Assembly: GCF_006345805.1 (NCBI RefSeq)
Contig: NC_043004.1
Location: 50,158,001-50,222,000 of the forward strand
DNA length: 64,000 bases
Reading direction: 5' to 3'
Source of the DNA: Octopus sinensis
Taxonomy: Eukaryota
Shown: positions 24,437 to 35,375 of the stretch, in pieces
How the letters are laid out: each line of letters opens with the position of its first letter
Numbering within the stretch: position 1 is the stretch's first letter
The notes under the pieces: generated by a model
Told to the model about the DNA's origin: nothing
Databases searched by the model: none
The model's input: the letters and a program-made list of their open reading frames with translations, nothing else
Translations under genes and position numbers: made by a program

Positions 24437-24995
24437 GAAATGAGGTAATCAGAAGATCGGATGGTTTATATTTACAGATATTTATTTATATATTACATTT
24501 TTTACATTTTTTACATATAAATCATATCACTTAGATCATTAGCGCTTTCTCCCATTCTAGTGGGGTTTTCAAATCAAAATTATTTTGATCTCCAAACCTT
24601 CCAATATATATATATATATAGATATATATATAATTATATATATATATATATATCTAGATAGATATATATATATGTCGTTTAGAGTTTTTAAAACTAGCTA
24701 CATTGCTCGTTACAAGATCAGCGGCTGCCTGCCGCTTCTCTGTTTATATATTGTGAGTAAGGACGATTGACTGCAAGTAGGTATCCAGTACGGGTGAAGA
24801 TACGGGTGAAGATACAGAAACCATGGTCTACTGGTCTTGCTAAGTTGGAGGGGAATGATTCGCTCCCTTACTTACAATATATCGGACACATGTTGTGCGT
24901 CGTCAACCAGCTGGAAAAGACGTTTTCCTGGGGATAAAATGTAGTAACACAGTTCTGTATAGAACAGCCCATGTTATAATGGCAAAAAATGTTAC

Positions 24996-25020
<25 letters not shown>

Positions 25021-25026
<6 letters not shown>

Positions 25027-25941
25027 GGGTTTAGCAACAAGTTGCTTCACCATATACCGAAAATTTAGAAACAGCAGCGAAAAGACCGCTATTTCTTTTT
25101 CTTACAAAATATGTCTCCACAGATAACAATATTTGTGACTCACATAGGTAAAAAGAAGAAAAATAATGAAATCAAACAGTCTTCGATCACTTATGGACGC
25201 GTTTCTGGATTAGAATTTAAAAAATTCATTTCCTTTGTCAACATAATATTTCGAGAATTATAAATTTGAAAATGCTTGGAAAACTTACCCTTTGCATTTC
25301 TGATCAAGCGCCATCAGAACATAACACAAGCTAATCAGCATATTCAAACTTATATAGACGAGTGAATTCGTTTTTCCCTCCAAGTTCTTTTCCATACCGA
25401 AACTGCTTGATAAAATTTGTTAATTTATAAAATTAATAATTTTTTACTCTATATCTATAATGATTATTCCACTCCCCGATAACAAAACTGAGGATCTTTT
25501 TCTGCGGTACTATCATGTGACGCACATGGTAAACTTGGAGTAAGTTTTCCAAGCATTTTCAAATTTATAATTCTCGAAATATTATGTTGAGAAAGGAAAT
25601 GAATTTTTATAATTCTAATCCAGAAGCGCGTCCATAATTAATCGAAGACTGTTTGATTTCATTATTTTTCTTCTTTTTACGCATGTGAGTCACAAATATT
25701 GTTATCTGTGAAGACATATTTTGTAGGAAAAAGAAATAGCGGTCTTTTGGCTGCTATTTCTAAATTTTCGGTATATGGTGAAGCAACTTGTTGCTAAACC
25801 CTTAATTATTGCTATAATTATATATATAAAAAAAAACTTTTTGCATAAGTTTTTACCGAATATGGTTCTTTTTTTCATACCGAAACTACTTGATAAAATT
25901 TGTTATTTATTTAAAATCAATAATTTTTTACCCAATATCTG
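25021..25941. mobile_element. Fold-back MITE with about 270-bp inverted arms; right end complete
   Basis: 25021-25288 is the reverse complement of 25540-25807. The right terminus ...TTTTTTACCCAATATCTG|TA ends at 25941. Confidence 0.85.
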
Positions 25942-26175
25942 TAAGGATATAATATATATATTATATATATATATATATATTATATATATATAATATATAT
26001 ACATATATATATATATATATATGAGAGAAAGGAGTGGTAATTAATAAAATAGTATTTATTAATTATAAAATAGGACGACATAATTTATAATCATAATTAA
26101 TAAATTTATAAATAATATTTTGCATTATTTACATTATTTACATTTGATGGATATTTGTCCTCATTTTTGTTATTA

Positions 26176-26220
26176 GCACAACGTTTCGGCTGATATACCC
26201 ACCAGCCTTCATCAGGTGTC
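26176..26220 (-). ncRNA. Type I minimal hammerhead ribozyme-like motif (extra A after A9)
   Basis: Minus strand reads CAC-CUGAUGA-A-GGCUG(10 nt)CAGCC-GAAA-CGU-U-GUG, with palindromic AACGUU at stem III. Confidence 0.72.
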
Positions 26221-26399
26221 TATCAGCCGAAACGTTGTGTTAACAACAAACAAGATGAGGACAAATATCCGTCAAATCTAAATAATGTAGATAATGTAAA
26301 TAATGTGCATAACTCCTCATCTCTTAAATATAGAACTGAAATAATATTTTATTAATTACCTCTCCATTTTCTTCTTATTTTTTGAATATTTAAATACAT

Positions 26400-26797
26400 A
26401 GGCGCAGGAGTGGCTGTGTGGTAAGTAGCTTGCTTATCAACCACATGGTTCCGGGTTCAGTCCCACTGCGTGGAACCTTGGGCAAGTGTCTTGGGCCGAC
26501 CAAAGCCTTGTGAGTGGATTTCGTAGACGGAAACTGAAAGAAGCCCGTCGTATATATGTATATAGATATATATGTGTCTGTGTTTGTGTGTCTGTGTGTC
26601 TGTGTTTGTCCCCCCAACATCGCTTGACAACCGATGCAGGTGTGTCTACGCCTCCGTGACTTAGCGGTTTGGCATAAGAGACCGATAGAATAAGTACTAG
26701 GCTTACAAAGTCCTGGGGTCGATTTGCTCGACTAAAGGTGGTGGTCCAGCATGGCCGCAGTCAAATGATTGAAACAAGTAAAAGAGTAAAAGAGAGT
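26400..26797 (+). mobile_element. SINE family B, full length
   Basis: Family match. Confidence 0.93.
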
Positions 26798-27200
26798 ATA
26801 TGAACCAAGGTTTATATAGGTACCTTATAGTTAAACTTTCTATGGATTAGTAACTAACCAGTATTTTCATTGGATTATATTATCCCTTAATGAGGTTATA
26901 ACCTTGTTTTTGTATATATATATATATATATATAATATATATATATTCCTTTTGTATATATATATATTCCTTCCTTGCAGGTTAAAAAACTTTTTTTTTA
27001 GAGTCCTCAACAATATTCGCCACCGAAATTCCATTTTTCTATTTTATGATTATACCCAGAGTGCTCTAATCGAATATGAACTGTCTTCCCATTGGCGGAC
27101 TTTTTGTCTTTTTTTTTTTTAGAAATAAACACATTGCCTCTTTCGTTTTAAAACAATAAAACAATGCTACATTAATACATTGGTCCAACAACCAAAACAT

Positions 27201-27233
27201 CACCCGCGCGTAGAGCGGGTCACCTTAAGCTAG
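27201..27233 (+). mobile_element. Helitron 3' terminus
   Basis: Hairpin ACCCGC-GCGTAGA-GCGGGT, 9 nt, then CTAG|T; 1 mismatch to 28791-28823. Confidence 0.75.
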
Positions 27234-27239
27234 TCAATA

Positions 27240-27862
27240 TCTATAAATTTGAAATGCGAAAAGTTTGTTTGTTTGGTTTTGGCATTGGAACGGGTTAAAG
27301 GCCACTAGATCCCGTCGGATTGACTCCAAAATTTACAGGGACATGTAAAATGAGGTGAGGATGTGAGTGGGTTAGGTTAGAAATCACTATCTCAAAAGGT
27401 GTGGTTACTAAGGCGAAAAACGCACACTTTGACAAGTCTTCTCTCATTCTTTTATCTGCCTGTCTTCCTCCGTCACTCTCTCTTTCCTCCCTTCCTTTCA
27501 CGTTCTCTCTATAACGTCATTTGACAGCGTCTACTATCTTTCCTCCGCCGCCTTCACTCTTTCTTCGACATTCTCTCTCTCTCTCTCTCTGTGTACGTCT
27601 GTCTGCATTCATAGAGAGTTTTATTATCGCCACGACGACCACACAATCATGAGAACAAATATTATGATTCTGATATTTATTGGGTTAATTTATGTGTGTG
27701 TGTGTGTTCTATATATAGATATGTATATATAATGTATATATACAAAGTGTATATATCTGTATTATATATATATATATAATTTGTATACATTGTATATATA
27801 ATGCGTATATATGTACACACACACACCACACCCACACCACACACACACACACACACACACAC

Positions 27863-27922
<60 letters not shown>

Positions 27923-28821
27923 CAATGTGGTGCATTACGCGGTCGGTTGAGCTGAAAATATGCACACCTATGTTAAAAGTGCTGGCGAGTTTGCATGGCA
28001 ACTATTTTTTCCTTCAAATGAAAGGCGTGACTTCTAGGACAAATTTCCTCATCTTATAAAATGTAGCCCGAGTAGACCCGATTGAAATCGGGTTATATTA
28101 ACCAAAATGTGAAAAGGGGTCTAAATGGGACTGGAAGGGGATTAAAATTTACAGGAGTGGGTGTTTAGGAATTCTCTGTTACATCAAGCTAAAAGATTTG
28201 CGCCAGCCTTTAAATTTTCAATGTATTGCCGTCCATCATGAAGAAGTTTTGAATGCTTGCCATGGTGAGTCTACTGTCGTGAGATAGATTCACTTCAAAA
28301 CTTGGTGTTTAGGACTTTTCTTTTACATCAAGTTCAAAATATTACGCCAGCCGTTAAGCTGCCACTACGTTGCTGTCCGTCGTTAAGAAATGCCAGCCAT
28401 TGTGACTCCACTATCCTCAGATTCTATCCCTTCAAACTTTGGTTTCCAATATTTTTTTTTTTTATTCAGCTCGCAAGTTCGTCTGTTCCTTTTAAATGTT
28501 AGTGTTTTGCTGACTACCTTGAAGCAGACCTTTCCGTTGTTACTGCCTGATATTTATGATTGATCTTTCAAAATATTTCCTTTCTCAACTTACTCAGGAT
28601 CTTTTGTTGTTTATAAATGGGAGAGAGATAGATAGAGAAAGATAGAGAGTAAGAGAAAGCGAGGGAGAGTCCGAGAGAAAGGACGAGTAAGAGAGTGGGA
28701 AAGTGAGAGAGAAAGGAGAGAGAAACAAAGAGGGAGAATGTGGTGATAAAAAACAGAAAGGAAGCAACAGAAAGTAACAACCACACTCTTACCCACGCGT
28801 AGAGCGGGTCACCTTAAGCTA

Positions 28822-28822
<1 letters not shown>
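27240..28822 (+). mobile_element. Probable Helitron (5' end at 27240, 3' end at 28822; joining them is inferred)
   Basis: A|TCTATAAATTTGAAATGCG...GTTTGTTTG at the 5' end, and hairpin ACCCAC-GCGTAGA-GCGGGT plus CTAG|T at 28791-28823. Confidence 0.6.
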
Positions 28823-28866
<44 letters not shown>

Positions 28867-28999
28867 CAAAACAAAAAATGGAGCAAGAATGTATCAGACG
28901 ACAACAAAACATTCGGACAGTAGGTGATACAAAAAAGGACAGGAAAAACAAGGACGAGACATTCGGAGCTTTCAATCTTCAGTCGCACATCAGGTTAAC

Positions 29000-29327
29000 A
29001 ATAATAGAATGCGATGGCAGCGGGAGAAAGATAATAGATGCTGTGAAACGACGTTATAGAGAGAACGTGAAAGGAAGGAAGGAAAGGGAGAAAGAGAGAC
29101 ACATAAAAGAATGAGAATAGGCTTGTCAAAGTGTGCGTTTTTGGCCCTAGCAACGACACCTTTTTAAGATGGAGAATTCTAACCTAGCCCACTCGCATCC
29201 TCACCTCATTTTACATGTCCCTGTAAATTTTGGAGTCAATCCGACGGGATCTAGTGGCCTTTAACCCGTTCTCAATGCCAAAACCAGACAAACAAACTTT
29301 TTGCATTTCAGAATTATAATATAGAGA
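29000..29327 (-). mobile_element. 5' portion of the same Helitron family in the opposite orientation
   Basis: Reverse complement of about 27240-27570, starting A|TCTCTATATTATAATTCTGAAATGC. Confidence 0.75.
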
Positions 29328-29331
29328 TATA

Positions 29332-29986
29332 TCAGTTTGGTGCAAAAGTAACGTCTGATTTCTAGAAAAAATGTTTCAGAGCGAATTTATCAATTTTCTA
29401 ACCTTTTCTTATAGTTTTAAGATATCTTTGTGTCTAATCTGTACTATTTTTTTTCAGATTATCTAACTTCTGACCATGATTCTCAGAAAACTTTACTACC
29501 ATGTTTGTCCCATCTAAAGATTACATAAATGTTTTACTCTACGAGTTTCATAAAGGTGTTAATGCAAGTGCGGCAGCAAGATCTATTCAGAGAACTTATG
29601 AGGATGATGTAGTGAATGAAAGATGTTGCAGGAGGTAGTTTTCCCGTTTCCGAAGTGGTGATTTCACTTTGAAAGAAGAGCCAAAAGAGGGTCGTCCAAA
29701 AAAACTTGATTCCGAAATGTTGGAAGCCCTTCTTTCAGAGAACCCTACCGTTACCACTAGGGAACTTGCAGAGCAGTTAAACGTGTCCCATACAACCGTG
29801 ATTCGCCAGCTAAAACACATTGGAAAGGTTTCAGTGGCTGGAAAACGGGTCCCTCATGAGCTATCTCCAGAGAATCGACAACAGCATGCTGCTTGTTGTC
29901 AATCATTGCTTTCGCGACACTTTCAAGCAACGTTTTTAGAAAGGCTTGTTACAGGTGATGAGAAGTGGATTCTTTACCATATGTAG
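29332..29986 (+). mobile_element. mariner 5' fragment (Hsmar1-like TIR, transposase N-terminus to the first catalytic D)
   Basis: TA then TCAGTTTGGTGCAAAAGTAA. Translation gives LLYEFHKG...FRSGDFTLKEEPKEGRP...VPHEL...LVTGDEKWILY. Confidence 0.88.
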
Positions 29987-30587
29987 GAAGGGAAGGTAGA
30001 TAATATGTCGTTTGGTTTTCAAAGTTTTTCAGTACGCATTTGATACTATACAGACAGAAGTTCAGTTCCAATTTTTTTTTGGTTTAGTGTTGACTTGCAA
30101 TACAATTCTGCTGAAAAGATGATACAACACTTGTAGGAATATACATTCTGCGATATTAATTTCAGCGATTCCAGTTCTCACTGAGTGCATTTGTATCCTT
30201 GGTCTTTCTGCTATTTCAGTACATCATCGGTTTCTACGCCACGGTATATATAAATCTTTCATACGACTCGCTGTACTAGTCCGCTGATGAAGCATCACAT
30301 GTCAATATACTTTTAAGAACATCTGATTACTAGAAACACAATGAGACATTTAGATTATATTATGTATTTGTGTGTGTGTGTGTGTGTGCACGCGTACCCT
30401 GAAGTAGATTTCTGTTAGCTCTTTCATTGAGCTCACTGTTAATCGCTTTGCACAAAATAAATATTTTTGTTATAATTGCGAAAAATTTGCCCCTCTAATT
30501 GCTATAAATAATCACATACAGACACGCACACTCACAAACAGACATACATACGTAAGGCCGTTGAGTCACTTTTGTAACTTTGCTTCC

Positions 30588-30645
<58 letters not shown>

Positions 30646-30716
30646 CATATATATACAGCCACATACACACACATATATATATGTTATAAATACATACATA
30701 TATATTTAATTGTAGG

Positions 30717-30748
<32 letters not shown>

Positions 30749-31554
30749 TGTATGTATGTATGTATTATGTATGCATGTATGTATGCGGAGCGACGGAGTG
30801 AAAGAAAGACGGAATGAAAGAGGTGGCAACCAAGAGGGAGAGAGGCGAGGGTGAACAAAATATGCAAATTGTTTTATTAACAAAAGATAATATTTTCATA
30901 AACTGACAGTAAAGTTGGTGTTTATCAGATCAAAGCTTGTTGATTTCTGGAGGTGAAGTGGGAATGCGCACGGTTGCCTTTAAAAGTTTGACTCACTGAA
31001 ATAATATTTTCGTTTCGACCACAGAATTTTTTTTTTTCTTCAGACTCTGAAACAGCCGGTTTATGTTGCTTTTGGGTCGTGTGGCATCTGGGTTTTATTT
31101 TCGTATTGTCACCAGGGCGTTGGGGGAAATAAACTGATGCAGCATCTATTTACGACAAGATTGCGATCATACAATAAAAATAACAGGCAAGAACGACAAC
31201 AGCGGTAACAACGGATGGGAAGAACCCCTTTGTGGTCACTGGAATCGCTAGAGATAGCAGACAAATTTCCCTAAGACTACAACATACCAGCTAGAAAAGA
31301 AAGGGTTATATCATTTTCAGGGTCGGGTGAAGACATCGGCAATTCGGCAGTGTCGATGTGCAACACACTTGTGGGTTCATGAAAGCGCTGCGTTCTTGGT
31401 GGCACTACGTATTTGAGGTCACGAAGTCGTATGCTTCGGTTACATTTAATAAATTGCAAAATATACTTTATTTCTACGTTCGCAATTTTTAGTCTTAAAA
31501 AAAGAAAAAGAAATACTTCCATGGACAACGAAAATCAGTTTGTCCTGAGCGTCG

Positions 31555-31567
31555 TCATCATGATCAG

Positions 31568-31599
<32 letters not shown>

Positions 31600-32155
31600 G
31601 CATCGTCGTCGTCGTCATCATCATCATCGTCGTCGTCGTCATCGTCATCTTTATTTCTCTCACTATCATTATCATAATCATCACCATCATCACCACCGCC
31701 TCTATCACTATCACCGCTGCCACCACCATCAACGCCACCACCACCAACGCCACCACATTACTGCCACTACCGCCACTGGTACTTATTTAATCAACCCCGA
31801 AAGGATGAAAGGCAAAGTCGACCTCGGCGGAATTTGAACTCAGAACGTAACGGCAGACGAAATACTGCAAAGCACTTCGCCCGGCGTGCTAACGTTTCTG
31901 CCAGCTCGCCGCCTTTTCTAACGTGAATATAATGATCTAGTAGAACGATGGTGGTGGGGTAGTGTAGGGTTAGAGGGGATGGGGTGGGGTTAGATGTTCA
32001 TACCTTTCCCGAGAGAAATGCTGGAATATTTTATTCAACACATAATGATGGCGATGGGGTGGAGGAGGTGGAAGTGGAAGAGGAGGAGGAGGAGGAGGTG
32101 GAGGAAGATAGTGAAAGTGATGGTGGTGATGGAGATGATGATGATCATTATCTAG

Positions 32156-32201
<46 letters not shown>

Positions 32202-32325
32202 CCACCACCACTACCATCGTCGTCGTCGTCATCAACATCGTCATCACCACTATTGCCACCGTTGTCATCGTTATTACACCACCACTGTCATTGTAATCAT
32301 TTCCATCAGCCTCATCATAATACTT

Positions 32326-32363
<38 letters not shown>

Positions 32364-32725
32364 AGAAATTATGGTGATTACTTTCGACTAAATTATTATT
32401 GTTGGTGTTACTGTTGTTGTTGTTGTTGTTGTTGCTGTCAATGCTGTTATTGTAGTTGGTGGTGGTCGTCGTGTTGTTGTTGTTGTTGTAAATATCAGGA
32501 ATTACTGTTTAATTACGCAAGAAGTTGAAATGAAATAACGAGATGAAGGCAGGTAATTAATTAAAAGAGGCAACTGTGAACTTCTATAATGAAGAAATCG
32601 GCTGAGAAACACAGCAATTATACATTGCCAGGAAAAAGCTCCAATCAAATGCATCGCCTCATTTCTTGCTTTACAATTGTTGTTGTTGGTGTTATTATTA
32701 ATATTATTATTATTATTATTATTAT

Positions 32726-32776
<51 letters not shown>

Positions 32777-32821
32777 GTCAGAAATGTATGAAATCTTAAT
32801 TACTATTTTGTTGTTAGTGGT

Positions 32822-32853
<32 letters not shown>

Positions 32854-32996
32854 AAGGCCATAGTGATGGTGGTGACGGTGGTAGTGGCGGTTATGATGAT
32901 GTGTATTTTTTAACCGGAGTAATTAAACCTATTGAAATATTTTATTGCAATTACGTAAATTTTAGTAATTAAAAGCGAATGGAAAATATTATTATT

Positions 32997-33080
<84 letters not shown>
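31555..33080. repeat. Cluster of compound trinucleotide repeats (ATC, GTC, ACC, GAG, TGT, TAT, TAG, GGT)
   Basis: Direct reading. Confidence 0.95.
31777..31913 (-). mobile_element. SINE family A, 5' part
   Basis: Head and core match. Confidence 0.85.
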
Positions 33081-33082
<2 letters not shown>

Positions 33083-33257
33083 GTAAGAAACATCTCCTGA
33101 CCGGAAATGTACTTTAAACAAGTTTAAAAATCAACCTATAAACCCAGTTAATGCCTGGAAGTGATTATTACATTTTTTACCTATTAGAAAAATATCCCAG
33201 AAGTTGCTTCATTATCATCATCATCATCAGCAGCAGCATTATTAGTATTATTATCAT

Positions 33258-33645
33258 CGTTAGCACGCTGGACGAAGCGCTTAGCAGTATTTCGTCTGCC
33301 GTTACGTTCTGAGTTCAAATTCCGCCGAGGTCGACTTTGTCTTTCATCCTTTCGGGGTCGATTAAATAAGTACCAGTTACGCACTGGGGTCGATGTAATC
33401 GACTTAATCCGTTTGCCTGTCCTTGTTTGTCCCCTCTGTGTGTAGCCCTTTGTGGGTAGTAAAGAAATAGGTATTTCACCCGTCGCTACGTTCCGAGTTC
33501 AAATTCCGCCGAGTCGACTTTGCCTTTCATCCTTTCGAAGTCGATAAATTAAGTGCCAGTGAAACACTGGGGCCGATGTAATCGACTAGTCACACACCCC
33601 CACGCAAATTTCAGGCCTTGTGCCTTTAGTAGAAAGGATTATTAT
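33258..33645 (+). mobile_element. SINE family A, dimeric form
   Basis: Same AAAGAAATAGGTAT junction into a second core as 15607-16000. Confidence 0.85.
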
Positions 33646-33924
33646 TATTATCATCATCAAAAACAACACCAGCACTTAACAAGGAAAACTCTACGTGGTC
33701 GCTCGACCTGCTAGTCGTAGCAGCCAAATTTCTCTCAATTCACGCTCTATTATCTTGAAAGAGAAAAGACTGTGTTTGGATAATAAGATCCTAGAAATAC
33801 TCTGTCTAAATGACAAATAAAAAAATGGAACGGTCATTGTTGGGAGGACTTTGAGGATCTGCAGACTCAACAGCAACAGATTTAGGCACAAAGACATCAA
33901 TTTTGAAAGGGAGAAATTCGTCAG

Positions 33925-34062
33925 TACTATCGACTGGTACGAGTCCGAAAGGATGAGAGCAAATTTGACTTTGGTAGGATTTGAATTGAGAACATAGAGC
34001 CGGAGAAAGTACCGCAAAGCATTTTATCCGATGTTCTAACGAGTCAGCCGGTTCCTTGCCTT
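33925..34062 (-). mobile_element. SINE family A, highly diverged
   Basis: CCGAAAGGATGA...GGATTTGAATTGAGAAC. Confidence 0.6.
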
Positions 34063-34129
34063 TAAGACCTTTTTGACACCAACCCGTCTGAGACCGTTTT
34101 TAGCTCAGTAATACAAATGTCCTGTTCTC

Positions 34130-34344
34130 TCTTTCTCTTTTTTCTTTTTTACTTGTTTCAGTCATTTGACTGCGGCCATGCTGGAGCACCGCCTTTAGTC
34201 GAGCAAATCGACCCCGGGACTTATTCTTTGTAAGCCCAGTACTTATTCTATCGGTCTCTTTTGCCGAACCGCTAAGTGACGGGGACGTAAACACACCAGC
34301 ATCGGTTGTCAAGCAATGCTAGGGGGGCAAACACAGACACACAA

Positions 34345-34400
<56 letters not shown>

Positions 34401-34563
34401 GACAAGCTTCTTTCAGTTTCCGTCTACCAAATCCACTCACAAGGCATTGGTCGGCCCGGGGCTATAGCAGAAGACACTTGCCCAAGATGCCACGCAGTGG
34501 GACTGAACCCGGAACCATGTGGTTGGTTAGCAAGCTACTTACCACACACCCACTCCTGCGCCT
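34130..34563 (-). mobile_element. SINE family B, full length
   Basis: Family match. Confidence 0.93.
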
Positions 34564-34656
34564 ATTTGAATAAAATACTCCTGCAGTATTTGAATAAAAT
34601 CTAGCATCAGTATTCCATTTTAGTTCATATTAGCTTATATGTTTTAGCTTTAGAGG

Positions 34657-35375
34657 CAGGCGTGGCTGTGTGGTAAGAAGTTTGCGTTCCAACCACATGG
34701 TTCTGGGCTCATCCCACTGTGGGACATCTTGGACAAGTGTTTTCTTCTATAACACCAGACTTACCAAAGCCTTGTGAGTTGATATTGTTGACGGAAACTG
34801 AAAGAAGCCCGTCATATATGTATGCATGTGTGTGTGTTTGTATACATATACATACATACATACATACATACATACATACATACATACATACATACATACA
34901 TACATGCATACATACATACATTCATACATACATACATACATACATGCATACACATACATACATACATACATACATACATACATACATACATACATACATA
35001 CATACACATACATACATGCATACATACATACGTACATACATACATACATACATACATACATACAAAAGTACTCTGTTGGTGTTGTTGAATCACCAATGAA
35101 GGAACCTTGGATCTAAGTTAAATATCCTGCTCTTTCTCTATTGGCAAGAAATCTTGAAATAAAACTGAATAATGACATACGCACATACATTCATGCATAC
35201 ATGCATACGTATACATACATTTGTATGTATGTATGTATGTGTGCATTTGTCACCCACCACGCTTTGACAACTGGTGTTGGTTTGTTTACGACCCTGTAAC
35301 TTAACGGTTCGGCAAATAGAGGCCGATTGCATGCATGTGTGATACCATGACTGAAACTATTAAAAGATAAAAGTT
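34657..35375 (+). mobile_element. SINE family B (older variant) with expanded internal (TACA)n and a nested insert
   Basis: Head at 34657-34815, microsatellite, unrelated insert at 35066-35178, tail at about 35240-35375. Confidence 0.75.

Noticed and set aside
30280-30345. CTGATGAAGC...GAAAC, and similar partial motifs at about 1977, 31010-31045 and 59415-59460
   Set aside because: No paired stem II or no cleavage triplet, so indistinguishable from chance or extreme decay.
31044-31440. Strong-looking splice acceptors at 31043 and 31320 and small ORFs
   Set aside because: No recognisable protein or consistent donor; needs RNA-seq.
31984-32972. ORFs with poly-E, poly-D, poly-H and poly-S runs resembling a transcription-factor low-complexity region
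   Set aside because: They are entirely explained by trinucleotide repeats in all frames, with no domain or convincing splice structure.
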